From assembly GCA_965649765.1 (NCBI GenBank), contig OZ287750.1, positions 67,580,001-67,644,000 on the forward strand: a DNA stretch of 64,000 nucleotides. Direction: 5' to 3'. Under the pieces are notes generated by a model, which did not search any database, had not been told where the DNA came from, and saw only the letters and a list, made by a program, of their open reading frames with translations. Below, piece by piece: positions 13,546 through 27,375 of this stretch (positions are counted from its first letter, which is position 1; the number at the start of each line of letters is the position of its first letter). The position numbers were made by a program, and so were the translations under genes. The DNA is from Bispira polyomma. Its lineage: Eukaryota.

Positions 13546-16504
13546 TTGGAAAAGCAATAATATGTTTGGATGACAAGAGGTTTCAAACTTTACAAGAGGA
13601 AGGAGAATGTATGACATTGGGAAAAAAATGAGAGCATAAGGTTAAATAATCATAAAACAGAGGTTTGGATAATAGAATGCCCATCTTTATTTAAGAATCT
13701 GCATATTGAGGCACTTACAAAATGGAGTCGCATGGTCATTGATTGGAAACTAGTTTAAATCTCTGACTATTACATTGTACATATATACTTGAAGCTTCTA
13801 GCAGTCTTCAGACTTCAGAAAATATCTACAGCAGCCTGATGGATCTTCTCAGGTACAATACTAATGTACCTGAACTTAAAACCCCTTTGGAACATTACTA
13901 GTTTTCCATGATGCTATAATAAATTCTCCCATGTATGCCATACCAGTAGAATAGCAACGATGTATCTGTCATTTTTTTTGTATTATTTAATACTTTTAAA
14001 GAAGTACTACAATCCCTTTTATTTTCTTTAGGACATTTCTAATAAACTAATTTACACATTTGAGATTTTAAACATTGTATGTCAACTGACAATCATTTGT
14101 AGATGTTGGCATCTGTTGGATATATGTAATTCAAATCCAAAATAACTTTAAGGAGAATTTATCTTGTACAGAGAAACTTGACTCTGCATCAGAAATGTGT
14201 AAATTGGACATACAGGGGTGTTATTGTCCTGATAAAAGGCTTAGTCAAAACACTTGGCTAGTTCAATGTTTAATTTTTAACATCAACAAAAACAATGTGG
14301 GCAGTTAAAGTAGAAGTGTGGTTTGTGTGAGCTTGTGGTGATGAATGTGTGTGTGGATTATCTCTGTATTTGCTGCCCTCTTGAACACATCAGAAGGCAG
14401 TAAGAGCCCTCTGTGGACCACCAGATGATGATCCTTTACCTGACTTCACACCACAACTAGTAATTGGTAAACCTGCTGGAAGGATAACCCCATTTTACTG
14501 GACGCAAGGGGAGTGGGACCGACTTCAGTACAAGTACAATTTCCATTGCTATAACAGTGAAATGAAGAAGACAACTTGTCTTTGTTATTGTCAAGTTAAG
14601 CTGTATGAATGTAAACAGAAAGACACATCTTGCCCTAGCTTTAACCTTGTCTTTACAGTTACATGAACTTATTTCTAATGCTTTTTGTAAAATCACAAGT
14701 TTGAATTTCTTCATATATTGATCATTAGTTAAATATGACTGCATTTTCCACACTATCAGTGCTTTTTCAAGCTTTTCTGGGAACATAACAGCTACCTCAA
14801 ATGGCTTTATATGACGATACAATATAGTATTCTAAAGTTTAAATTCCAAAATAATCATACAGTTTTGCTTTATGGAATTTCATATGTAGCAAAAAACATG
14901 TTATCTAAAGTTAAACATACAAGTTTGACACATTACTTACTTTATGTGATGGGTGTTTAGATTACCATTAGCTTATGTAATTACACTGAAAACGATTAGT
15001 ATTGTATTTGTCTATTCGATAGATCATTCCACTTATTTTACACCTTATTTGTGCATATAGGTATGTAAATGGTATTAATAATGAGTGAAATATATAAAAG
15101 CTAAATATGGTGTTGTTACAAACCACTAATGTGTGGACTAATTTGTTAGTACCTCTAGACAATGAGCCCAACTGATATGTCAAACCCAATTTAGTAACGG
15201 TAACATATATCCTAAACCTTTTCTGTTAAACCCTTTTTAACTCAAACTGCAGTCAAACCCAAAAGTTAGGCCAATTTCTCTTTTTTGTGAAGAAAAATAT
15301 TTTACAGTCCCACAAAAGGCTTCTCTTTTAAAATCTACCTTGTTAAGTGGAAATCCTGATGAAGTAGACCTAGGCATTTATCCTGATCCCTTGAGGTTTG
15401 ACTTACAGCAGTTTAACTGTATATTATATTGTAGTAAATAAGTATGTGCTCTTCTGAAGGTGTGGGCTGAGAGAGTTTGCTGTAAACTTATGTGACTACC
15501 AGAATCATCTGAATCATCTAGGGTAGGAGGATTGTGAGGGAGGATGGTGAGCAGGTAAAGTCGCCCAGGGGCTGTCAGCTTTTTATAGTTTGTGTGTTGT
15601 TGTTTGAGAAGGTTTGAGCTCACTGTCCAACTTGTCTCTGGACTTTGTCTTGGTGTAGACAGAAACCAGTAACACAGCCAAGTAGTTGCTTTGTCACCAG
15701 TTGGTAATTATAGCCAGAGTGTACCACCCAAGTAGTACCTTTGTCGCCAGTTGGTAATTATAGCAGGTGGAAAGACACAGTTTGTAATCCATTCTGGACA
15801 ATGTCCCTGGAATTAAATTCACAACTAATATTTGCATAGAAAGATTTTAATGCAGTGTAAATTTCAAGAACATTCAGGAAATGTTTATGGCATTTGAGGC
15901 CTCCAATGCAGATAAAAAAATGAAAACCTGTTTAAAACTGTGTTGAAAACATCAACTTTGGGTCCCAAAGTATGAAACTGAATCTTAAAAATTATTGCGT
16001 ACATTGATTTATTAAATGTACAAATCAGTTCTTCAATCAACAACTATTTAAATCAGCTTACTAGGCCTTATTTCCATGGGTCTGTGTACATGTCATCTTC
16101 ATTTCCGAGACTACAGGTATTACAGACTTCCTGATTTTTTTACAGGTACCTTGGGGCCTAAGGATGAAAATTATTTATGGCGCCCATATGAGGCTATAAC
16201 CTGGGTCTACAAAAAATTTCAGAATTTTTCTTATCTTTCCTGTACTAACAGCATATTCTTTCACAATCTTCGAATGAAGGGATCAGGCCAAAAGTTTTGC
16301 AAACATATACCTTACCACATATATTTAAAAAAAATGTTTTTTTTTAAATTTATAAAATGTCAAATATCTCATTAACCATTGTGTTTGGACACATTGAATG
16401 TATTATGGTCATATATAAAACAGGGTCAGATGCACTGATTTGATCATATAGGAACACAGGGTCAGAGAATCTTATGCACTGATTTGATCTGTGATCTTAG
16501 TTTT

Positions 16505-17385
16505 ATTAAGCGTCCCTTGCGGGACGCTTGTTTGTATACAGGAGAAAATTCACGCGGAAATGGCTGCCGGCTCCCGCTTTTTTTATTGGCTATAGCTCAG
16601 CAACCACTAGGCAGATTTTCTTCAAATTTGGCACATGTATGCAGTAGCCCTGGGACAAATTTTTCAATATTGTGTCATCACATTTCGACCTAACAAGAAA
16701 AGTCACATGACCAAAATCCAGTTTTTAAAGGGGTGTGCTTGTCTGGATAATAACTTAAAAAGCGCTTCACCTATTGTCATAAAATTTGGTAAATAGGTTT
16801 CTTATATAGATTTCGGGACAACATTAACTTTTGGAATTGATCCGATACAAAATGGCCGACTTATTAACGATCAATTAAACGTTAAGATTTTTCGAAACGA
16901 TGAAAATGAAAAATTCTTAATATCTCCGAAACGGTGCGAGATAGACTGATCTGAATTTTGGGCCCAGGGGGGTATACTTAGTTATATGCAACTTGCATTT
17001 TTAAAAATTTTAAATTTTTTTAAAAATTCTAAAACTTTCTAAAATTTTCAAAAAAGTCAAAAATATTCAAAAAAGTCAAAAATTATCAAAAATCCTAAAA
17101 TTATTAAAGAAGTCTATTTTTTATTTTTTTGCAATTTTCTTAAATTTTTTTTGGCAATATTTTTTTAATTTTTTTTTTTTTTTAATTTTTAGAAAAATCG
17201 CTTTGTTGCCATTTTTGCTGGCCAACTTGAATTTATGCATTTAAAAACGTGTTTATCTCGGAAATGGTGCCAGATGGAGCAATTTCGGCTAAATTTTGGG
17301 CCCGGAGGGTACATGCAGAAAATTGCTCAATGTCTCATTGGGACGCTTCGTTTTTGTTGTGCAAAAACAATTTCCTTTCATTTGC
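16505..17385 (+). mobile_element. Helentron-type non-autonomous element (AAGCGTCCC family)
   Basis: 5' ttaagcgtcccttgcgggacgctt hairpin; 3' gggacgctt + tttttg/caaaaa stem-loop; internal tatctcggaaa(c/t)ggtgc..gat motifs; same ends as 47341-49800. Confidence 0.75.
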
Positions 17386-18339
17386 AAAGCAGTACTCTAT
17401 TTTTGATTTTTTTTCCCGTATTTTGTGTCATATCTCAAAAGTAGTGATAAACTTGCTAGGATATCTCTATAATCTCAGTAATAAGGTTCAAAGCCATACA
17501 GATTTGTTTCAAGATCACTTTTATGAACCAAAAGGGTCAATTTTTATGTGTTTTTTTAAACTTCTTTTACTTTGGTTTTACAGCCTTGGAATTTATAGAG
17601 TGTATATGATGAAACCAGAGTTAGCTAGGTATTATTTTAAAGGTCTCAAAAGCTAGATTTGAAACATTTTAAAGGTCTACAGGCTTAATTTAGAAACATT
17701 ATATTGGTCTGTGGGCTGAATATAAAAACATTTTAAAGGTGTGCAGGACTAGAATTAAAAATCAGGAAATTTGTTACACTGCTTACATATGACCACTGAC
17801 CTTGTTTTCAAGGTTGAAGTAATGACCATTGACCTTGCTTTCAAGGCTAAAGTGAGGTCATAAAGGTCAATTTCTTATATGTTTTGTGTTTGTTAACATT
17901 AAATTATAATAACTGAAAAAACAACAACTAAACTTATTACCTTGGGTTGAAGGTTAAACTGTAATCACTTTCCGATAATCTGTCTTGTACCTAAAAAGCA
18001 TTAACAGTACTGGGAATTCTAATAAGGTTTGCTAGGTTATATCTTTATGGCTAAACAAAGTTACTGGTAAGGTTTTGTAGCATGTATATCTGTTTTAAGG
18101 TCAATTAAATGGGTCAGTTTTCCTGTTTTTAATATGTGTAATATTTCTTAAAACATTGCTTTGTATCTGTCGAGGCTGACAATATACCCGTACTAGGCAA
18201 TTAGCTCTTATTTAAGATTTGATACTAGTTGTTGGTTTTAATCAATAAACCAAGAACCACTTAAACATGTTTTCAATTTACAAATCACTAGGTTCATGCT
18301 TAGTGAGACCTCAGGAAGACCAGTGCTGTAGTGTGTCAT

Positions 18340-18725
18340 TGTATCTGAGACTCTGTACTGAAGGCTTTATCGCCTCTTCATTGTTACTGTCTTCTGGTTA
18401 TTGTAAATGTAGGTTTATAGTCTGTTATCACCCATGAGAAGGCCTCATCTGTCTTCTCTGTTTACACCCACAGCCTGGGTTCTTCTATTTGTCAACCAAT
18501 TGTTCACTCTTAGCTCCCTGATGGAGCATACTAGCCATACTGCCACATATTGCTTAGGGACTAACAGCCATAAGAAGCCAGGTACCCATTTATACACCTG
18601 GGTGGAGAGGAGCAATTTTGTGTAAAGTACCTTGGCCAAGGGTACAATCTCCAAGCCCGCAGCAAGGATTGAGCCTGGGATTCTCTGATCTAAAGTCAAA
18701 CACTTCACCACTAGGCCACAGAGAG
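18340..18725 (-). mobile_element. tRNA-derived SINE with CORE-like central domain
   Basis: Minus strand tgtggcctagtggtg (A box), ggctcaatcc (B box), then ccttggccaaggtactttac...ccacccaggtgtataaatgggtacc. The 3' boundary is approximate. Confidence 0.7.
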
Positions 18726-19209
18726 TACATTTTATTTACCACCCACCTCTGTCAAGACTGTAAATGAACACTCTGTGTAAGACCAAGATGATAGGGCTGT
18801 GACAGAGTCTTCTCTGTTAAATTCTCTGTAATCAAATGATAACTAGTTTGAGCTGCATCCAATCCCAGGAAGAAGCCTCTCTTTACCATGCTTGTCAGGA
18901 TATGTTTTGTCTTCTTCTTATGTAAGGATTCCATTCCCCATGGTTATATATGTCCTGTTTATAGCCTTATTATGAAGACATACATCAAGAGTAAGGAGCT
19001 GTTTTATAATGACAAACCTGTCAGAAGGAAGTCTGTTGTGATGCTTGGTGAGATATCACAGGTACTAGCTCAGTTGTAATTTAGAAAGGTACAGGTTATT
19101 TATCCTTTACAGATCCATATTTATAAACCATAATGCATGTGAAATAGTGCCATTTCAGTACTATATATTGTGTTGAGTAGTTTTGTTTCTATCCATAGGT
19201 CTCTTTCTG

Positions 19210-19717
19210 GATTCCCTATGATTTTGCCACACATTATTTTGCCACACAATGATTTTGCAACACTTTTTACAGGGGGTATGATTTTGCCCTATTATCCCTT
19301 GATTTTTCCACACTTTTTTCTTATATTTTAAAAGTGTTTTTAAATTGAAATTTTTTAAAAGAATATATTTTGGTAGAGTAAAAGTTAAAGTTTTTACAAT
19401 TGCTTTGATAAATATATCATAAGTAATCCATTTACCTAACCAAAGTGGAGAAGCCATTGGTTTTATGGAGAAGCCATGTGTGTATCATTTATTTTTTTTC
19501 TGTACAAAGGGACTTTTTCTTTTTTTTATTACCTGTAATACAATTTTCTTTTTGAAAAAGTAATTTTAGTGTAATAACTCCCCCCATAAAAGTGTGGTCA
19601 AATCAATGGATAATAGGGGGAAAAAAAGTGTGGCAAAATCAAGGGGTAGTAAGGCAAAATCATACCCCCTGTAAAAAGTGTGGCAGAATCATTGTGTGGC
19701 AAAATCAACGGACACCC
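19210..19717. mobile_element. Foldback/MITE with ~100-bp inverted repeats built from gattttgccacac motifs
   Basis: 19220-19320 is the reverse complement of ~19620-19708 (cactttttacagggggtatgattttgcc / ggcaaaatcataccccctgtaaaaagtg). Confidence 0.85.
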
Positions 19718-22190
19718 TCTTTCTGATAGGCCTGCCAGTGTGGCTTTGTAAGTCACTCTCTGACAAGAGATAAGCACCAATCAGCTGTTGCCCCTCACAT
19801 ATCAGCTACATTAAAACACACAGGCATAGTTTGCGGACAGATGACTTCTCTGTAAATATTGCTGATTCTTTTAATGAACTTCTTTAAAAACCAGGCTATT
19901 CTTTTTGGCTCTACTTAAGGTTAGCAGACACTGACAGCAATTCTAGGCTACCAGTTGGCTATAATGTGTCCTATTTCAAGGGGCTGATTGTTGACAGGAC
20001 AAAGTGTAGTGTGTACTTGGACACAGGATTCCGTGTTTGTCCGTTGATCAATTGGAGTGAGTGCACTTGTTGACCCCTCAGTGTTTGTGTTGATTCTAAA
20101 TATGTTAAAGTTCCCTCTGTGTGTGTGAACTTTATACAGAGCCACTAGATGTGTTATATTAACTCTGGGTGCCTCTCAGCAATTACCTTTTACATATCTA
20201 TCTTATCAAAGACTATCTCAATCTAAAACACCTGATTGAGTGTCATTAAATACCACAGGCAGGAACATGGTTCAATTAAATATGACACAGAAAAGTTAAA
20301 AAGATACCCACTTCAGCTTTTGATTGATGAAATAGCTCAACAAACTCCTTTAACACCTGGTCATTATACCTTGTATGTTATGGTAGAAATTAAAATATGA
20401 CAGAATTACAAAACCTCTTGATAGAAATTGAAATATGAATTTGAAATTCTGTCCAAAGTACATGTATTTGACAAAAAGTGGAATTTTAATTTTTGTTGAC
20501 AGAAATTAAATCCTGCTCATAAATGATTAAGATTTCACATTTTTTTGAGAGTATTTAAAAAATATTAAACAATAAAAATAAACTCTAGGATAAACTTAGA
20601 TTACACTGTATTTTATAAATTGGTTCAACCGTGCATTTTGAAAATTGTTGTCAAGGCAGAGAGGATGACTGGCTTGGTTCAGGGATTGAGTGTGTTGAAG
20701 TCACAGCCTCACAGGTTAGTGTCAGACACAAGTCACTGTAAACATATAGATGGCATGCCAAGTTACTCAGGACATAATTTAAAGGAAAAATTTGAACATG
20801 TACCTGTTTATAAGTACATTGTATCAGTGCTACAGATTTGAAGGTCAACATTATTATGTTTACCAATTAAAATTCCTAATCCTAATCTTGTGATAAAACC
20901 AAAGCTTTATTGGATATATGTTAATCATTTACTTTTCAGCACTCATAAAATTAAAGTACCATTATGAACCACTTAACATGCACTAAGTGTTGAATGCAGA
21001 TTTAAAGGTTTTGAATGAGAGAGTTACTGTCTGTTGTTGTATTTGGATAAAAGATGTGAATTAGTATACATGTCATCTGTGCAATGTAAAATGCCATCTA
21101 TTTCTTTTAAATTTGAGCTTGAATTTAAAGTTTGACAAGACTGTGATTATTGGGTTAAGTAAGCCATTGACTACAGAGCTTAGGTTTGAAGACATGAAGT
21201 TCAGTGTTAATGTTAGAAATACTGTATGTCAAGAGGTATATTATAGCCATGTTTTACCGAGTAATGGTCTTTCTTCAGTATATTGTATGTAGTCATTGAC
21301 TTTAATGTATAGACCAAGTGCCAACAACCAGTAACGTATTGTCCTTCTGAAGGGAACATTTGAGCAATGTCACGATTTGACTTTACTTTGACCTTTCTAG
21401 TTGACCCTGCCCTAAAATTCTTGTTTGTAATCTATCTCAGAGACTAATGTTCAGAGGAAGTTGATATTTGGTACACACAATCATGTGGGCATTAAGCTGT
21501 CACCTCACTTTGACTATTAACATTGGAGAAAAATACTTGTTCTGACTGAATATCCAAAAATGTTTGTCACAAGAAATTCACATATATTTCAAATAATCGA
21601 TATGGGGTTCAGAAGTAAATGTTATGGTCTGACCTGATTTTGATCTTTGACCTTCGACTGATAATGGTATTAAAAGGGGTGACATTCTTGACAGAATGAA
21701 AATTCAAAATGTACATGTACTTGAATCTGTATACAAAGAAGAAAGTATTATTGATATGTGAACATATCTGTTAATAAAAATACTATCTAGCATCAGACTA
21801 GCCAACTGGTGTGAGTTGTAGGTGGTGTGTTGCCTTCAGGAAACTGTCCAGGTACTCAGTAGAGCTGTAGCTGACTTCTAAGACTTATAAGACTGTTCCC
21901 TGCAGTACCAGGGACAACCCCCTAACCAGTCCTTTCACTGTTCATCATCAAAAGGAGCTCCCAATCCATTGCTCAGAAACTAGCCTTCTTCAGCCTTTTC
22001 TTTATTTTAGTTTGTCCTTTTCCAGGTTCAATTTCTCTTTTATGAATCGTCTATCATTTTGACGAATCCTTTATTTCCAAAGCTTTATCATGTTCAAATT
22101 TTGGAAACTATATTCAGCATGAACTGCCAGCATGTAAATATAATAGTCAAACCACTTTAAGTAGAACTCTGTTAAGTCAGTTTGATACTC

Positions 22191-22438
22191 CTGGGCTGGT
22201 ATTCTCGAACGTATACTCAGCTCCAACTCATACTCAACTCAAATCTGGATTCTCTATAACTCTGGATACGGTAAATATATCTAAAATCGGACTTGATATT
22301 TGAATTCAGGGTTAAAAGCTCTATTAAAATGAATGGTCACAAGTATAGATTATTTCCAAGTACAATGATTTCTACATGGCCTGTAATTGAGTTGAGTATG
22401 AGTTTAAGCTGAGTATACGTTCAAGAATACGGCCCCAG
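22191..22438. mobile_element. MITE with ~50-bp TIRs nested inside a pogo-type MITE
   Basis: ctgggctggtattctcgaacgtatactcagct...tcatactcaactca pairs with tgagttgagtatgag...agctgagtatacgttcaagaatacggccccag; host element halves flank both sides. Confidence 0.85.
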
Positions 22439-24054
22439 GTACTTTATAGTTGAGCTAAAGCCTTTTCTTTTAAAATCTACCGTGTTAAGAACAAATTCTT
22501 CTGAGAGAGATGTTTTTCATATTTGGGACTTGACCAAAAGGGTTTGAACTGCAGGCAAGAATTCACAACAGTAAAGACACTAAAGATTTCCAGAAAGTAT
22601 TATAAGCAGAAATGTATTATAGACATACAATAATTTGGGTTGACTATGTTCTCATTCCAAAACAAAATGGCTGACATTATCAGATATTTGATAGTTGATT
22701 AGAGCTCATTTAAGGCAAACGTGTGCAATAATAATAATAATGTTCTCAAACTTTGATACATGTACATAACTTCATCAAAAAGAATATTAGGCATCTGGCC
22801 TTTGATTTGGCCTTGATTCTAACAAACAAAATGACTGAAGAGACAGGCTTGAGCATGACCATTTATCAACTCCCCAAAGGTTCTTTAGCCTGCCACTGGG
22901 GATAGGAGTCAATGACAGGAAACTGCCAATTTATGTGGTCCTCCCAACCACTATGTATCTAACTAAGGATTAGTTGAAAGAATCAGATGTGCATTTTTAT
23001 TGCATTGTTGTCAAGTCCAGCAGAATTGCTGCTAGAAGCTAGTTGTACGCCTTAGTAAAGCTAGTGTTTTAAGGAGTTGCAATCCCTGGCACTCAGCACC
23101 TGAGCAGGCCTATTGGGTGTCTGATCTCCAGCAAGGCCTGGCTATTTCATACACACTTGCAGTGAGACTTTGGTGTTGGATGTGTGAGGTATTTGTGTTC
23201 ATCTTCTGTAGCTTGTTTATTGTTAGTTTTGCCTGAGTCTGCAGCCAGCTGGTACACACAGGTTTCCGAACCAATTCCAAGTTTTAGGTTTGTCTGAACC
23301 TCAAGGCTTTGTGTCCTCCTAATCCTGGACATAAAATTACTTCTTCTTAACCAGTTTTTAGCAGATCCAATTTCAAACTCAATCATTACATGCAATTATA
23401 AGTACAAATATCAGAAATAAAAGTGCTGAGAACTCTGATGCATACTTGTGATTGTATGCTAAGTCTAAGCACAGATGGCTGATGCTTGTGTGGTATGTTT
23501 GTACTGTTATGACTGTCTTCAGTCTCCTCTCATTAATATCTACTCTTATTGACAAATTACCATCAACAGCTGGTCCTTACAAGGTTTTCAAATCTAGGTA
23601 GGCTCACTGTGTGTTGTGTACATTTGATCAGTGAATAAGTAAATACATGTGTGTTATGTATATATTCTATCTTGTCTTGTTGCTTTCCTTTAGTACACTT
23701 ACCATATGTAATAGAATCTATTCTCCAACTTTTGACCTCACAAAATGGTTGGATCTTGTGCCTTCTCTGTCACATGGTGTTTAAATGAATATTTCTGCTC
23801 TGTAAGCAGTATTGATACTTCAGATCACAGTTTATCAAACCTTTATTATCAGAACAGCTTAGAAGGCTAAGAATTTGTTAATTGGTCCTCAAATTGGTCC
23901 AAAACTGTAGAAAAAGAAACTTTGCAGAAAATAAATACGGTTGTGAAGAATTAAAGAAGTGGATTAATTAAGATTGTATCAGAGAAACCCTGCAGTATAT
24001 CACATATATATGCAACTCTTTTATCTCTGTTTGTTCTGTTTGTATATTGTGTAG

Positions 24055-24185
24055 GTATTGTTTGCTCTGAACCAGACGTTAGGACAACATGAAAGTGTGA
24101 GGTGGGGACTTAACAGTACACCTTACTCAACAGAGGAACTCATAACGCACTACAACTGCGGACAGTTGGATACAGTCCTCATAAG
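24055..24185 (+). CDS. TRABD2: TIKI exon B
   Basis: Acceptor tgtatattgtgtag|; translates [43 protein letters not shown] (conserved V.FALNQTL..HE and Y.TE.LI.HYNCG); donor aag|gtaata; 131 nt, phase 0/2. Not present in the ORF track. Confidence 0.94.
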
Positions 24186-24990
24186 GTAATAGGCTAGATG
24201 GTAAGAATACAGTCCTCATAAGATAATAGGCTGGATTGTAAGAATACAGTCCTTATAAAATAACAGCTAAATACAGTCCTTTTAAGGTAATAGGCTGGAT
24301 GGTAAGAATACAGTCCTCATGAGGTAATAGGCTGGATGGTAAGAATACAGTCCTCATGAGGTAATAGGCTGGATTGTAAGAATACAGTTCTTATAAAATA
24401 ACAGCTAAATACAGCCAGATACAGTCCTTATAAGGTAATAGGCTAGAGTGTGAGAATACAGTCAGATAAAGTCCTTATAAGGTTACAGGCTAAAGTGTGA
24501 GAATACAGTCAGTTACAGTCCTTATAAGGTAACAGGCTAGAGTGTGAGAATAGAATCAGATACAGTCCTGAGGCCGATGTGGCCTAGTGGTTAGCAAGCA
24601 TTGCGCTTCACAATCACTGGTCTCTTACCTCTGGGCGGCGTGAGTTCGAATCGCGTCGATGCCTATGTGGGAAAGGTGGTACTTCCTTACTGTGGGCCGC
24701 TGGTTTCTCTGCATAACCTTGACCGACTGTATGCAGTGTTTCCTCCAGCGTTTCCAACTACCCGTCCCAATATAACCTACTAAAAGGTACTAGAGTGGAC
24801 GTTAAATATCCAAATTCAAATTCAGATACAGTCCTTATAAGGTAACAGGCTAGAGTGTGAGAATACAGTCAGATACATTTCTTATAAGGTAACAGGCTAG
24901 ATTGTGGGAATACAACCAGATAGAAACTTTAAAAGGTAATAGGCTGGATTGTGAATACCACCAGATACAGTCCTTATAAGGTAGATTATG
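24170..24990 (+). repeat. 37/47-nt tandem array spanning the exon B donor, interrupted by a SINE
   Basis: Unit atacagtcctcataag|gtaataggctggatggtaaga, roughly a dozen diverged copies. Confidence 0.93.
24570..24821 (+). mobile_element. Full-length tRNA-derived SINE (Meta-domain-like) with 14-bp TSD
   Basis: A box tggcctagtgg, B box gagttcgaatc, tail (caaatt)2, TSD tcagatacagtcct at 24556-24569 and 24822-24835; second copy at 55422. Confidence 0.88.
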
Positions 24991-26966
24991 AATACAGAAG
25001 CCATAGATATATTTCCAAGTCTTTTTTACATTTAGCACCATCCAAAAAGTGAGATAACAATGGACTAGAATAACACTCTTTATCTTCTAACCATACCCGG
25101 TAACATGCAACATTATAGCTTTAGTCTCTGAAAAAACTGGTCACAAATTCTTAATTCCATTAAATCACCCAGACATGTTTCCACTAAATATAAAACGTGC
25201 TATGGCTAAGGATTCAAAGAAGATGTTTGTTTTGGCCAGAATTTATGTCCTGTCAATCATGGTATACAAGTGATCTATAATGTGCTTTATAGGTGTATAA
25301 GACTAAAAGTGTGTGGATTTTCTTAAGTAAGAAATCTGTGTAATAGTTGAGTCTGGAGATATATGTAGTTGATTACTACAACAGACGCCTTGCCAGACCA
25401 ATTTGTTCTGGAAATAAGGTTAAGTGTACATGAGTTATTGCAGAGGAAATGGGTGTAAGCAAACAGCAATATATCGTTAACATGTAGATCTGGTAGTTTT
25501 ACTGCAGGAGATTGATGTAAATTACTTTCCATATTTATTGTAAGTTCTGATAATTAAACCCATGTTAGAAATGTGCAGAAAATGTACTCCTCATTAGTAT
25601 AATCAGCAGGCATGTGAAGTATAATTTTAAACTGCAATTTGTATTGAAATCTCTACTGAGCGCTGTATCTACTTACTTTCTGGACATAGAGGTTTTCCTT
25701 CCTGTCACATATCACTTGGTGTGATTGCAAGTTTAGAGTAAACTTAAAAGCATTTCCATTATTTTATTGTGTACAAATGGTTCTCTACTATTGTTTCTGA
25801 TCCTAATACCTGGTCAATAATCAAGGTTAAACATGGCCAATAACAGGTCTGCAAACTGGCATTAATAAAAGTTGTATAATTTGAAATAAATATTATATGC
25901 AATATCACTATTGCTCAAATTAAGGCTTTAGTAACGTAAACACACAAATAAGTAGCCTGTAAATTATACCTCAGTTACGAAAATATTTCAATCATAAGTA
26001 TCCACTATGGCAGCCTTAAAATATGTCTTTAGTGAACGTTTTAACCGTTTTTATATGCAAAGACCATTTGAAACTTTAAATTTGAAATCTATTGTGAAAC
26101 GTCATATTTGTAAACAATACTCGCAAATAGCCCCTTCTATTGTGACACAGTATGAGTATTGATCCAGCATATATAAAGATATGATATAGGCTACTCAACT
26201 TTAGAAATCGTGTATATTATTTTGTATGATTTATTTTTTTTAAATATGTTTTCATATATTTTGGAAAACATAAATGTAACTCAATGTTGAATTTGTAATA
26301 TTTTAACTTTGTGTATTTCGGAAAAATTAACAGGGTTTATTGAAGTTTATTGAAAAATTAATTCATACAAAATAATGCTGAAGTTTTTGGTTATCTTGTA
26401 GTATGCAATATTGTAGTATTGATTAATTTCTTTATGTGTAATGTGTCACGTTTGTGAGGGGTGTACCAAGACAAATATTCATATTTTTCTTACAATGTTA
26501 CACTTGTTGTATGTAATCTTGTTTTCATAAATTGTTAAAACTCTTAAAATCTAACTTAAATTGTTATATAATTCTTCCTTTATGAGTTTCACTCATCATA
26601 CAGTAAAACTTGTGTTTAAAAATTCATTGAGGCCTTCATTACAAAAATAATGTTTCTTGACAGTTTTTTTTTATAGCGTGGTTTAGCAGCTATGGTTTTT
26701 GTGTTTATGTTGTTAAAGCCTCAAGCAGACAATGGTGAGATGAGAGACATAACTCCATCATACCATACACCATACTATTGTAGACCAACCTGAACAACAA
26801 AGACACACTTTAATCAACTAGGTCACATATTTTTTTATCATGTAGGAGTGAATCCTTATGGTTTATTATTAGCTGGAGTTGTAGAAAACACAAACTGACA
26901 ATTTACCAAAGTCTTTTTTTTATATTTTTATTTTTTCTCCTCCAAAGTACAATTACAATACAAATT

Positions 26967-26969
<3 letters not shown>

Positions 26970-27004
<35 letters not shown>
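26970..27004. repeat. (TA)n microsatellite
   Basis: Uninterrupted ta run. Confidence 0.95.
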
Positions 27005-27005
<1 letters not shown>

Positions 27006-27375
27006 TTTAATGTATACTGTTTTACAAGCAAATAATGTGAGTATTTCATTTTAAAAATAATTTAGTACAAAAACTGAACTGATTAAATATTATCGAATAA
27101 ATGTTCCCATAATGACCATATTTTGGGAACAGGTGTTTGATTTTCAATAGTTAATTATTCCATGTAAGCTGTTTTAAACTTCTTTTAAAACACATATATG
27201 TTTATATTTTTGTAATTTGTTGCACAATAGAAAATGTATTTCTCAGCTGTCAATATCATTAATTAATTTACCAAAGTTGGTCAACCTTTATTTAGATGTT
27301 AACTGTCACTTGAATCAACATAGCAGAAAACTGTTTCTTCAGATCTTCCTACACTGGTCCCATTTTGTGGATACT

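Noticed and set aside
24570-24660. tRNA gene (also 55422 and 18650-18725)
   Set aside because: A/B boxes are present but there is no cloverleaf; they continue into a shared body with tail and TSD, so they are SINE heads.
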